A DNA stretch of 64,000 bases from NCBI GenBank assembly GCA_965213705.1, contig OZ243913.1, forward strand, positions 3,168,001-3,232,000, read 5' to 3'. The translations under genes were made by a program, and so were the position numbers. Positions 31,204-40,012 of the stretch are shown here, piece by piece (the first letter of the stretch is position 1; each line of letters begins with the position of its first letter). The notes beneath the pieces are model-generated. The model was given only the letters and a program-made list of their open reading frames with translations. It ran no database searches and was not told where the DNA came from. The DNA comes from Trueperaceae bacterium (GTDB lineage Bacteria > Deinococcota > Deinococci > Deinococcales > Trueperaceae).

Positions 31204-32619
31204 ATGAGCACACCCACCCAAACCGTCGCCATCGTCGGAGGAGGCGTGTCCGGGCTGGCGACGGCTTTTTTCGTCCGCCAAGCAAAGCCCGACTGGCGCG
31301 TCACCGTGTTTGAAAAAGAGTCTGAGCCCGGCGGCAAGGTGCGCTCCTCGGTGCAAAACGGTTTCACCTTCGACTGGGGGCCGAACGGCTTTCTGGCGAA
31401 CGTCCCGGAGACGGTAGAGTTGGCAAAAGCGCTCGGTTTGACAGAGGTTTTGCAACCCGCCGCCGACACGGCCAAGTACCGTTTTCTCTATCAAGACGGC
31501 GGACTGAGGCCGCTGCCCGACGCGCCGCCCAAGTTCCTCACGACCGAGTTGCTGTCGCCGTTCGAAAAGGTGCGGGCAGGGCTCGAGCTGTTCAGCCGCC
31601 CCGGCGACCGCGAAGAAACCGTTTATGCCTTTGTAGCCCGCCACTTCGGCAAGGGTTTCGCCGACGCTCTCGCGGGCGCGGCGGTCCTGGGCATTACCGC
31701 AGGCGACGCGAAAGAACTCAGTGTAGACGCCCTATTTCCGAGGTTGCGAGCCCTCGAGCGGGAACACGGCAGCCTTCTCCGCAGCCTCGTCAAACAGCAG
31801 CGCGAGGCGAAACAGCGTCCCAAATCGGCGGGGCGTTTGACGAGCTTCAAGGCGGGGGGCATCGGCACACTCGTCGAAACTTTGCGAACGCGGCTCGGTG
31901 ACAGTTTTCAAACCGGCACCACCGTCACCGGTCTCTCCCCCACCGCTCGGGGCTACACCTTGGCACTTTCGAACGGTGAGACCTTCAGCGCCGACGCGGT
32001 GGTGCTGGCGACGCCCGCGTTTGTGAGTGCGGGGTTGCTCGAGGGGTTCTCCCCCACCGCCGCCGACCTTTTGGCTGATATTCCCTACGCCGACGTTTGG
32101 GTCTTCGGCCTCGGCTACGACCGCGTCGACGTGCCGCAACCGCTGGACGGCTTCGGCTTCTTGGTGCCGCGCGGCGAGGGCGTGCGGAGCCTGGGCGTGC
32201 TTTACAGTTCGTCGCTGTTTCCTGAACAGGCTCCCGCGGGCAAGGTGTTTCTCCGCGTGATTTGTGGCGGTACGCTCGAGCCGGGTTTCGTCGACCTGTC
32301 CATTGAGGAAGCACTTTCTGTCGTGCGCCGCGACCTGCGCGTGACGATGGGGATTACCGCTGAGCCGGAATTCGTCACGCAAGTCAAATGGCCGAAAGGA
32401 ATTCCGCAGTACCTCCTCGGACATCGTAAAAAAGTTACAACCGTCGAGGAAGCGCTGAGCGCTTATCCGGATTTGCACCTCACCGGCAACGCCTACCGCG
32501 GCGTCGGCGTGAACGACTGCGTGCGGGACGCGCTGCGGGTGGCCCGCGCGCTCACGGCTGGGGCTGTTCCGCCTCACCCTCACGCCGCAGGTTCATCAAC
32601 CCCGCAGGGGTCGGCCTGA
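31204..32619 (+). CDS. hemY: Protoporphyrinogen/coproporphyrinogen oxidase (HemY family)
   Basis: GGGVSGL, E....GGK, GPNGF, GFGFLVP, IPQY..GH, GNAYRGVGVNDCV. Confidence 0.93.
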   Translation: MSTPTQTVAIVGGGVSGLATAFFVRQAKPDWRVTVFEKESEPGGKVRSSVQNGFTFDWGPNGFLANVPETVELAKALGLTEVLQPAADTAKYRFLYQDGGLRPLPDAPPKFLTTELLSPFEKVRAGLELFSRPGDREETVYAFVARHFGKGFADALAGAAVLGITAGDAKELSVDALFPRLRALEREHGSLLRSLVKQQREAKQRPKSAGRLTSFKAGGIGTLVETLRTRLGDSFQTGTTVTGLSPTARGYTLALSNGETFSADAVVLATPAFVSAGLLEGFSPTAADLLADIPYADVWVFGLGYDRVDVPQPLDGFGFLVPRGEGVRSLGVLYSSSLFPEQAPAGKVFLRVICGGTLEPGFVDLSIEEALSVVRRDLRVTMGITAEPEFVTQVKWPKGIPQYLLGHRKKVTTVEEALSAYPDLHLTGNAYRGVGVNDCVRDALRVARALTAGAVPPHPHAAGSSTPQGSA

Positions 32620-32974
32620 ACCCGCAGTGTTCGTAAAACGAGGCCAAGTGCGGCTCGAAGTCGACGTGGAGCCAAACGAGGCCCCGCCCTCTCGCTACTG
32701 CCGCCGCTCGCGTGACAAGTGCCACGCCGATGCCTTGACGCTGAACCTCTGGATGCACCGTCGTGTCTAGGACGAAGCCGTGAACGCCTCCGTCCCAAGC
32801 GAGGTTGACGAAGCCGACTAAGCGCGCGCCCTGGTAGGCGCAGACGTAGCTGAGGCTGTGCTCGAGCCGCCCCACATCTCCTGCACCCCCGTTCCCCGGC
32901 CACGCTGCCGAAAAGAGAGCGTCCAGTTCAGCGCCACTCACCTCCGGCGCAACCCTGTAAACGACCTCGGCCAC
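32552..32974 (-). CDS. GNAT N-acetyltransferase
   Basis: WDGGVHGFVLDTTVHPEVQRQGIG, WLHVDF, FYE.CGF; directly downstream of the repressor; 3' end overlaps hemY. Confidence 0.85.
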   Translation of the reverse strand: MAEVVYRVAPEVSGAELDALFSAAWPGNGGAGDVGRLEHSLSYVCAYQGARLVGFVNLAWDGGVHGFVLDTTVHPEVQRQGIGVALVTRAAAVARGRGLVWLHVDFEPHLASFYEHCGFRPTPAGLMNLRREGEAEQPQP

Positions 32975-32981
32975 CCCGTCG

Positions 32982-33689
32982 TCACCCCCCACGCCACACC
33001 ACCGTGCCGAGAATGAACACGTCCTCCTCGCGGTCTAAGACGAGGTTCGGGTGCGCCGGGTTGACCGGGTAGAGGACGATGTCCTTGCCCTCGATTTTAA
33101 AGCGCTTGACGACCATCTTGTCCTCACGGGGCCACCAGGCGACGACCACGTCGCCGGGTTGCGGCTTGCGCTCAGAGTCGACCGCCACGTAGTCGCCGGG
33201 GGCGATGTTCTTTTGGATGCGCTGCGCCTCGTTCGAAATCATGCAGTCGCCGTTGACGAGGTAGACCTTGACCGTGTCGGGATTAGCACCTTTGGCACGC
33301 AGTTTCTCGCGCGGGATGTAGACGTGTTCGTCGCTCAAGGGTTTAGCGTCCTCTTTGCCCGCCGCGACCGCGCCGTAGACCGGCAGCCGCAGCCACTCGG
33401 GCCGCACCTCGAGCCGACTCGCCGCCTGCAGCGCTTCGGCCTGCGCTTGCGAAGAGAAAGGAAACGACAAGCCCGTCGCCTCGGCAAAGTCTTCCAGCGT
33501 CCACTCCAAAGCCTTGAGCAGCGCGAAAAACTTCTCTAAACTGATGTCCTCTAGCGGGTGGACGATGCCTCGTTCCAAACGGCTCACCTCCGCCTGGTAC
33601 AGCACCTCCTCAGACGCCGCCACCACGTCTTGCTGCGACATCCCGAGGTGTAACCGTCTCTTCCTCAGCGCTTCCGCCCAAATTTCCAT
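32982..33689 (-). CDS. XRE/CI-like repressor with a C-terminal S24 (LexA-type) domain
   Basis: N-terminal HTH (LRKRR..LGMSQQDV...VSRLERG), G.VAAG cleavage loop, VNGDCM, VVKRF; AGGAGG RBS. Confidence 0.88.
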   Translation of the reverse strand: MEIWAEALRKRRLHLGMSQQDVVAASEEVLYQAEVSRLERGIVHPLEDISLEKFFALLKALEWTLEDFAEATGLSFPFSSQAQAEALQAASRLEVRPEWLRLPVYGAVAAGKEDAKPLSDEHVYIPREKLRAKGANPDTVKVYLVNGDCMISNEAQRIQKNIAPGDYVAVDSERKPQPGDVVVAWWPREDKMVVKRFKIEGKDIVLYPVNPAHPNLVLDREEDVFILGTVVWRGG

Positions 33690-33737
33690 CGTCGCCTCCT
33701 TAATCAACACGATTCACTGTGCACATTCTAAATCGTA

Positions 33738-33778
33738 TTGACTTATTATGCAAGTAAGTTTAACATAAGAACATCTTA
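33738..33778 (+). promoter_or_regulatory. Divergent promoter with palindromic operator-like sites
   Basis: TTGACT (33738-33743), 17 nt, TAACAT (33761-33766); inverted repeats actta..taagt (33741-33759) and taaga..tctta (33766-33778) in an AT-rich spacer. Confidence 0.6.
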
Positions 33779-33807
33779 GTCATATTGATTAGGATGAGAG
33801 GAGAGAG

Positions 33808-33984
33808 ATGAAACTGTTGGGTACCTATCTCGTCGCGGCCGCCCTGGTAGGGTTGTTAGCCTTGTTCGTGTGGGGTTGGTTCGCGAACGACAAGATTATT
33901 CCCGAAGCGGTTTTTGGTGGGCTGCTCGGGCTCGTCGCGACGGTCGTCGGTTACGTGTGGTTGCGGGACAAACAAAAAGAGTAG
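33808..33984 (+). CDS. Small 58-aa two-TM membrane protein (below the ORF-track cutoff)
   Basis: MKLLGTYLVAAALVGLLALFVWGWFANDKIIPEAVFGGLLGLVATVVGYVWLRDKQKE; GAGGAG RBS, promoter upstream, hairpin downstream. Confidence 0.7.
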   Translation: MKLLGTYLVAAALVGLLALFVWGWFANDKIIPEAVFGGLLGLVATVVGYVWLRDKQKE

Positions 33985-33995
33985 GAAGTTTGTAG

Positions 33996-34028
33996 CCGGT
34001 GGTTTGTAGAAAACCCACAAACCACCGG
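33996..34028. terminator. Hairpin / probable terminator
   Basis: ccggtggtttgt / acaaaccaccgg 12-bp inverted repeat right after the small ORF. Confidence 0.65.
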
Positions 34029-34050
34029 TTTCTCGTGATAGCTTGAAGCC

Positions 34051-34785
34051 GTGAACGACTTAGCAGGCAAAACCGCCCTCGTCACCGGAGCCTCGAGAGG
34101 TGTCGGGGCGGCGGTCGCCAAGTTGCTCGCCGCGCGCGGTGCCGACGTCGTTATCAACTACCGCAGCAAAGGGGCTCGAGCCGAAGGCATCGCCACCGCG
34201 GTCGAAGCGTTGGGGCGGCGTGCGCTTCTCGCTCAGGCCGACATCACGTTGGAAGAAGACTTGAAAAAGATGATGGCGGCGGTCGAAGAAACCTTTGGAA
34301 CCCTGGACCTGCTCGTCCTCAACGCGAGCGGCGGTTTGGAAAAGGGCAAGGCAGCCGACTACGCGCTGAACCTCAACCGGGACGCTCAAGTTCAAACCCT
34401 CGAGCTTGCCCTACCACTGATGCCACGGGGCGGACGGGTCGTCTTTGTGACGAGCCACTTAGCGCACTTTCACGGCGAAAAGCCTGTTTTTCCAGAATAC
34501 GAGGGCGTCGCCGCGAGTAAAAAGACGGGCGAGACGGCGTTGCGGGAGCGCGTGGGCGAGCTGGCAGAGTTGGGTCTAAGCCTCGTCGTGGTCAGCGGCG
34601 ACCTTATCGAAGGCACGATTACGCCGAAGCTGCTCGAGCGCGCCGCCCCCGGTTTAATTGAAGCGCGCCGGGCGCAGGCGGGCGAACTGCCGACGGTTCG
34701 AGACTTTGCCGAAGCAATCGTGAACGCCGCCGCCGACCCGAATCTGGCGAGCGGCGCGACCCTTTACGTGGGAGCGGTCGACTAA
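34051..34785 (+). CDS. SDR-family oxidoreductase
   Basis: TGASRGVG, LVLNASGG, Y..VA.SK. Confidence 0.88.
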   Translation: MNDLAGKTALVTGASRGVGAAVAKLLAARGADVVINYRSKGARAEGIATAVEALGRRALLAQADITLEEDLKKMMAAVEETFGTLDLLVLNASGGLEKGKAADYALNLNRDAQVQTLELALPLMPRGGRVVFVTSHLAHFHGEKPVFPEYEGVAASKKTGETALRERVGELAELGLSLVVVSGDLIEGTITPKLLERAAPGLIEARRAQAGELPTVRDFAEAIVNAAADPNLASGATLYVGAVD

Positions 34786-34833
34786 AAACCGCACGTTCTA
34801 CCGACAAAACAGCAAAGCGACACGAGGCGTCTT

Positions 34834-35460
34834 TCAGGTCAGGAGACCGCTCAGCAAGTGCTCCGTCGACGACGTGATGAGGGTTTCGGTGCCCGCTTCG
34901 CTCTGGGCGTTGCGGTAAAGCGGCCCGTCCAACATCAGCGTGGCGAGTCCGTGAGCCGCCGCCCATACGGTAATGGCGGCGCGCTCGGGGTCGTCCGCGG
35001 CCAAACGGCCCTTGGCCTGGAGTGAGGCGAGAGCCTCCACGATGAGCGCGTAGGTCGCCCGCCCCGCCGCCTCCACCTCGGTGTGGACCTCGTCACTGCG
35101 CAGTTGCGGCAAAAACATGAGTCGGAACTCGTCGGGATTGTCTAGGGCAAACATGACGTAGCACCGCATGAGCGCCCCCAAACGCTCCGGCGCGTCGCCG
35201 TCCGGCACAGCCTGCATCACGGCCTCGAGCTCCCCAAACGCCACCACCGCCACGGCCGCGACCAGGTCGGTTTTGTCCCTGAAGTGGTGGTAGGCCGCCG
35301 CGTGGCTCACGCCCGCGTTGCGTGCGACTTCGCGCAGGGAAAGCTTATCTACACCTTTCTCTTTGAGGGAGGCTCGAGCCTCGCGGATGAGCGCCTGGCG
35401 CAGGTTGCCGTGGTGGTAGGTGTCGGACTTCTGGGCACGGGTTGAAGCAGAACTTGACAT
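34834..35460 (-). CDS. TetR-family regulator (WHG-type C-terminal domain)
   Basis: YHHGNLR, LSLREVAR.AGVSH.A.Y.HF.DK, W...HG. Confidence 0.92.
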   Translation of the reverse strand: MSSSASTRAQKSDTYHHGNLRQALIREARASLKEKGVDKLSLREVARNAGVSHAAAYHHFRDKTDLVAAVAVVAFGELEAVMQAVPDGDAPERLGALMRCYVMFALDNPDEFRLMFLPQLRSDEVHTEVEAAGRATYALIVEALASLQAKGRLAADDPERAAITVWAAAHGLATLMLDGPLYRNAQSEAGTETLITSSTEHLLSGLLT

Positions 35461-35496
35461 GGGTAAGATTATAGACTATCCTACCAGCGTAAAGAT
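35451..35496. promoter_or_regulatory. Two putative TetR operator palindromes
   Basis: aacttgacatgggtaagat (35451-35469) and atcctaccagcgtaaagat (35478-35496); a third similar site at 36559-36577. Confidence 0.6.
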
Positions 35497-35520
35497 AGAA
35501 TTCCAGAAAAGGAGGGAGAG

Positions 35521-35652
35521 ATGACGGCCAAGCTACAGTACAAGGCTCGAGCAGCCGCCAAGCGTTTAGAGCGTGTAACGGCGGTGCTTTTGGGGTTCGG
35601 TTCCTTGCTCGTTACCCCGCTTTTCATGCTGGGGGTGGAGAACATGGTCTAA
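35521..35652 (+). CDS. Small 43-aa single-TM protein (below the ORF-track cutoff)
   Basis: MTAKLQYKARAAAKRLERVTAVLLGFGSLLVTPLFMLGVENMV; strong AAGGAGG RBS. Confidence 0.55.
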   Translation: MTAKLQYKARAAAKRLERVTAVLLGFGSLLVTPLFMLGVENMV

Positions 35653-35835
35653 CGTACTTGGGTCGCTTCAGTGCTTACGCCTCAAACCGTGTAAAAACAC
35701 TGCGTAAAACTTTGAGATCACGAGAGAAGGTCAAAGTACCTGGTAACCACCCCCGGCGGAACAGCCTGCTTAAACCGTGTGGCTGATGGTCCGTCCTCAC
35801 ACTTCCATACCAAACTAGCTGAAAGGATATTAACG

Positions 35836-36429
35836 ATGCTTAAACCGAAACTGCTGAAATTGTTTTTAATCGTCATCACCGCTACTGCTGCGAGCGGATG
35901 GGCGCAACCGTCCGCCGTCCTTGACCTCAAAGAGCGCTTGGTCGGGACGTGGATTCAAGACAGCGTACCGTTCACTGTTGAGAGTGAGAATACGACCGTC
36001 TACGTGCGCCAAACTGTTGTTTTCAACGCCGCTGAGCAAACAATCAAGGTCGAAGTCTTCGTTGACCAAGCGCTCGAGCAACCTCTGTTTACCTATAACT
36101 CTACAGGACCGTACACGCTGGTCGGGCCATCCGAAACAGTTCCGGAAGCTTTCGATATCAACCTCGTCAACACGTCCTCCACAATCACCGCTTTTGTGGA
36201 CGCTCCAGCGCTTTTCGAGGCCACGGACCTTGCCGACTGTGGGCTCACCGTGGGTCTTCCCGTCGATGTCTCGGATGGGTGCGCTGCGCCGCTGTTCAGC
36301 GTTGCCGACTGCGTAGACCTTGACCTCATCGCGGTGACGGGTAATGAGTTACGCTTCGGGGCCGAGGGCACGGACCGCTGTGTTCAGCGTCCTGTCGAAC
36401 TAGCGGACGCACCTTACCTGAAACGTTGA
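35836..36429 (+). CDS. Secreted protein, APCDD1-like beta-barrel domain (putative)
   Basis: Signal peptide (MLKPKLLKLFLIVITATAASGWA); G.W, PLFT....GPY...GPS..VP, DVS.GC, DL......L.FG, RP motifs recall APCDD1-domain proteins. Confidence 0.6.
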   Translation: MLKPKLLKLFLIVITATAASGWAQPSAVLDLKERLVGTWIQDSVPFTVESENTTVYVRQTVVFNAAEQTIKVEVFVDQALEQPLFTYNSTGPYTLVGPSETVPEAFDINLVNTSSTITAFVDAPALFEATDLADCGLTVGLPVDVSDGCAAPLFSVADCVDLDLIAVTGNELRFGAEGTDRCVQRPVELADAPYLKR

Positions 36430-36435
36430 CTGCGT

Positions 36436-36468
36436 TAGCCAGCACACGTGTTAAACGTGTGCTGGCTA
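36436..36468. terminator. Hairpin / probable terminator
   Basis: tagccagcacacgt / acgtgtgctggcta 14-bp inverted repeat. Confidence 0.65.
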
Positions 36469-36596
36469 TTTACGGATGAGGCTTGGGGCGTCATACGTGA
36501 CATACGTCGGCTTTCAAGGGGGTCAAGATGGCCTACAAGCTGTCAAGACATCTGCACAATCTTACCACTGTAAATATAGTTTTGAAGGAGATGGCT

Positions 36597-37574
36597 ATGG
36601 CAAGCACTGGCTTCAACCCTCGAGCAAACCGTCCGTCTTTCGGGCTCAACCTGCCCCTCTTAGTCGCAGCTACCGTGTGGCTTACTGCTTCCGCTTACCT
36701 TCTTTTTTTCGCCGACTTACCCAGGCTGCGCTACGGTAACCAGGAGCCCGTAACCTACTTGTTAGGCCAGTTGGGTATGCTGCCTTTTATCGCTGCGATG
36801 CTCTTTTTGGCGCGCCGGGCGGGGCTGAAACCCATCGACCATACGAGCGACCTGGGCCTGACCCGCACCCGCGCCGCGCTCGAGACCGTCTGGCTGCTCG
36901 CGTACATGCTGGTCACAATGGGAGTCGGCATGGCCCTGAACCTCCACACGCATACCCACTTTGGGGCCTTCGCGGACGGCACCCAGAGCATCTTCGGTCA
37001 GGAAGCCGCGGCGTCGTCCCTACTCTGGATGGGTTACAACGCGCTCGTCTACGCCGTGCTGCCGCTGGCCTTTTTTATGGGCGTGCGGGGGTACAGCACT
37101 CGTGAGTTGCTTCTGGGTTTTCCCAAGCCTCGGGTGTTCGTTCCCTTCGCCGTGATAGCGGGCCTTGTCGGGCTTGTTCCTTTTATCACCTCGGAATTCT
37201 GGACGGTGTCCGCTGCGGGGCATCTGCTGACCCTCATTCTTTATGGTCTCGGGACGCTTCTACCCGTGGCGATTTTTACCCAAGCTCTTGTAGCACCCCG
37301 ACTCGCCGTGCTCGCGCGTTCTTGGGTGACGGGGGCCGTTTTAGCCGGAGTCGTTTACATGCTTTTCAACCTCAACGAATATTTTCTCGAGTGGGGCAGC
37401 GCGTCTGACATCGGCTTGTCGCTGACATGGCTGCTCGCCGGCGACCTGTTTTGGGGCACCATCAAGGCCGTCTCCACGCTCGCGCTGGGCAACGCCTGGA
37501 TGCACATCTTTACCACCCACACTTTCCACTTGGCCGACGCGCCGCTCGTGGCGCGCGTGTTCGGCGTCAGGTAG
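36597..37574 (+). CDS. Polytopic membrane protein of unknown function
   Basis: About 9-10 hydrophobic segments, C-terminal GNAWMH...HTFH; AAGGAG RBS. Confidence 0.7.
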   Translation: MASTGFNPRANRPSFGLNLPLLVAATVWLTASAYLLFFADLPRLRYGNQEPVTYLLGQLGMLPFIAAMLFLARRAGLKPIDHTSDLGLTRTRAALETVWLLAYMLVTMGVGMALNLHTHTHFGAFADGTQSIFGQEAAASSLLWMGYNALVYAVLPLAFFMGVRGYSTRELLLGFPKPRVFVPFAVIAGLVGLVPFITSEFWTVSAAGHLLTLILYGLGTLLPVAIFTQALVAPRLAVLARSWVTGAVLAGVVYMLFNLNEYFLEWGSASDIGLSLTWLLAGDLFWGTIKAVSTLALGNAWMHIFTTHTFHLADAPLVARVFGVR

Positions 37575-37662
37575 ACGAGTTTGAAGGTGTAACGCCGTCG
37601 GCTCGAGCCCACCGTCAAACCCCCTCTTACACAGTCTCTCCCTGCACAGTAAGAAAGGAATC

Positions 37663-38643
37663 ATGTCCAACACCAGCTCTACTAAAGCGTTGCACGTCAT
37701 TTTCGGCACCGGCCCCGTCGGGACTGCCACAGCCAAGTCGTTACTCAAACGTGGTCATCAGGTGCGCCTGGTCAACCGCAGCGGCAGGGCGTCCGCGCCG
37801 CAAGGTGTAGAGGTCGTTGCCGCCGACGCCCTCGAGCCTGCCCAAGCCAAAAAAGCGGTTAAAGGGGCGCGGGTCGTTTACCAATGTGCCCAACCCGCCT
37901 ACACCCGCTGGCCCGAGGACTTTCCTCCGTTGCAGCGCGCCATCCTCAACGCCGCTGCCGAGGCCGGGGCCAAGCTCGTACTGGCCGACAACCTCTACAT
38001 GTATGGCGAGGTGGACGGCCCCCTCCACGAAGATTTGCCTTACACCGCCAAGACGCGCAAGGGCAAGGTGCGTGCAGCGATGGCGAAAGAGGCGCTCGAG
38101 GCGCATCAACAGGGCAAGCTGCGCGTCGCCGTTGGGCGAGCGTCGGACTTTTACGGGCCGTTCGTCAAAGAGTCCGCGTTGGGCGAGCGGGTGTTCGAAC
38201 CGCTGCTGAAGGGTAAAAGCGCGGGGCTCGTCGGTGACATCGACCAGCCGCACAGCTACACCTATATCGGAGACTTTGGTGAGGCGTTGGCCGTCTTGGG
38301 CGAGCGTGACGAGGCGGACGGTGAGGCGTGGCACGTACCCAACGCCCCTGCGCAAAGCACTCGAGAGGTCGTTACAAAAGCGTTCGAGCTTGCTGGTAAA
38401 CTCCCCAAGATGAGCGGTATGGGGCGCACCATGATGCGACTCGGCGGCATCTTCATCCCCGGCGCGCGTGAAACGGTCGAGATGATGTACGAGTTCGAGC
38501 AGCCCTTTGTGGTGGACGACGGCAAGTTCAAACGAGTGTTTGGGGACGTCAGCACGCCGCTCGAGGTGGGGCTCGAGCAAACGCTGCGTTGGTTTCGAGG
38601 GGCGCACGCCACACCTGCAGCAAAAAGCGGGGTGGCCCTGTGA
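37663..38643 (+). CDS. NAD-dependent epimerase/dehydratase (atypical SDR)
   Basis: GTGPVG, NRSG, DNLYMYG, RASDFYGP, HSYTY. Confidence 0.9.
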   Translation: MSNTSSTKALHVIFGTGPVGTATAKSLLKRGHQVRLVNRSGRASAPQGVEVVAADALEPAQAKKAVKGARVVYQCAQPAYTRWPEDFPPLQRAILNAAAEAGAKLVLADNLYMYGEVDGPLHEDLPYTAKTRKGKVRAAMAKEALEAHQQGKLRVAVGRASDFYGPFVKESALGERVFEPLLKGKSAGLVGDIDQPHSYTYIGDFGEALAVLGERDEADGEAWHVPNAPAQSTREVVTKAFELAGKLPKMSGMGRTMMRLGGIFIPGARETVEMMYEFEQPFVVDDGKFKRVFGDVSTPLEVGLEQTLRWFRGAHATPAAKSGVAL

Positions 38644-39059
38644 GTCCGGTCACGCCTCGGCGGAGGATTTACGTTGCCGCCCTGGGAATGATCGCCGTGC
38701 TGGTCGTGACGGGCGTCGCGCTGCTTTTGTCCCCTATCGGCAAACGCCTCCTCGCCGACCCCGCCGGGGCCGCGCCGCAAGTCGGGGTGACGGAGGTGCG
38801 CGTCGTGGCGCGTGCAGGCCAGAACCACGCCTTTGAGCCGAGCGTCATCCAAGTGCCCGCGGGCACCACGGTCACTTGGCACTTCGAGGACGTGGACGAC
38901 GGTGAGAACGTCCCGCACAACGTCGTGGGCGAGGGTTTCGAGTCGGAGATTTTGAGCGAGGGAACCTACAGCCACACCTTTACCGAGGTGGGCTCGTACC
39001 CCTACACCTGCACGTTACACGCGTTCATGGACGGCCGGGTGGAGGTGGTCGCGCCGTAA
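38640..39059 (+). CDS. Membrane-anchored cupredoxin (plastocyanin/azurin family)
   Basis: N-terminal TM; F.P, GTTVTW, HNV, CTLHAFM type-1 Cu ligands; GTGA coupling to the upstream gene. Confidence 0.9.
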   Translation: MSPVTPRRRIYVAALGMIAVLVVTGVALLLSPIGKRLLADPAGAAPQVGVTEVRVVARAGQNHAFEPSVIQVPAGTTVTWHFEDVDDGENVPHNVVGEGFESEILSEGTYSHTFTEVGSYPYTCTLHAFMDGRVEVVAP

Positions 39060-39292
39060 AAGTGGGGATACCCTCGAGCCCGAAACCGCGCCCTGGGTGC
39101 ACGGGGCGAAAAAGACCGGGAAAGTTTTCTACCTCAGGGCGGCGTGAACGCAACACGTCCTTTTATCACAGCGGAACAAAAAGCGGAGAAAAACGCCGTG
39201 ACGCCCACCCTTTCTCAACCTCTTTTTGGGTCTTGCCGGTAAGGGTTAAAGAACGCGAAAGCTCTACTTGAAGGCTGGAGAAAACGTTCGAC

Positions 39293-40012
39293 TCAGGCTT
39301 TTACGCAGGTGTAGCTGGCATAAGTCTTCAAATCGCCGTAACTCGAGCCGACAATCTCGAAACCCGTTTTTTGGAACATCGCTTCCAACACCCAACTGTA
39401 GGTGCTGAACTCCCCCCGCACGTGCGCCTCGAACTCGGCTCGAGTCCAGCCCTCTTCGGGATTCGCAACAGTGACGGCGTCGAACCAAGCCTCTATCCTT
39501 TCCGCAAGCTCAACCGGCTCGAAAGAGTACACCACGTCACGCAGGTAAAACGTCCCACCCGGTTTTAGTAGTTCGCTTATTTGGTGCAACGCCTGCACCT
39601 TCCAAAAATCCGGCAGGTGATGAAGCGCGTTTTTGGTGATGGCAAAGTCCACCGGCTCACCCCTGTGCTCGTAGCTCAGAAAACCCTCGTGACGGTAGCT
39701 CAGGTTATCCAAACCCAAACTTTCGGCCCGCTTTCGGGTGTACTCGAGCATCGCCTTCGAAATATCGACGGCAATAACTTCTTTGCAGATTTTAGCCGCC
39801 TCCAAAACGAGCGTGCCCGTTCCAGAGCCAAATTCGATGAGAGTATGGTCTGCGCCTAAGCCGAGTTCTCGCAACAGTTTTCGCTCCTGCGCCGGGTCAC
39901 TGTGCTGTTTACGGTCGTAGGCTTCGACTTGTTCAGGGCTGGAAAAGTCCGGGCCGCCATTTCTGGTCGGGTCGAAAATCCAAAACTCGTCGAACGACCA
40001 AGGCGGCTTCAC
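39293..40012 (-). CDS. Class I SAM-dependent methyltransferase
   Basis: [31 protein letters not shown]; start overlaps the rimK stop. Confidence 0.9.
   Translation of the reverse strand: MKPPWSFDEFWIFDPTRNGGPDFSSPEQVEAYDRKQHSDPAQERKLLRELGLGADHTLIEFGSGTGTLVLEAAKICKEVIAVDISKAMLEYTRKRAESLGLDNLSYRHEGFLSYEHRGEPVDFAITKNALHHLPDFWKVQALHQISELLKPGGTFYLRDVVYSFEPVELAERIEAWFDAVTVANPEEGWTRAEFEAHVRGEFSTYSWVLEAMFQKTGFEIVGSSYGDLKTYASYTCVKA

Noticed and set aside
32552..34028. Prophage
   Set aside because: Only a CI-like repressor and a small membrane ORF; no integrase, replication or structural genes, and no att sites seen.
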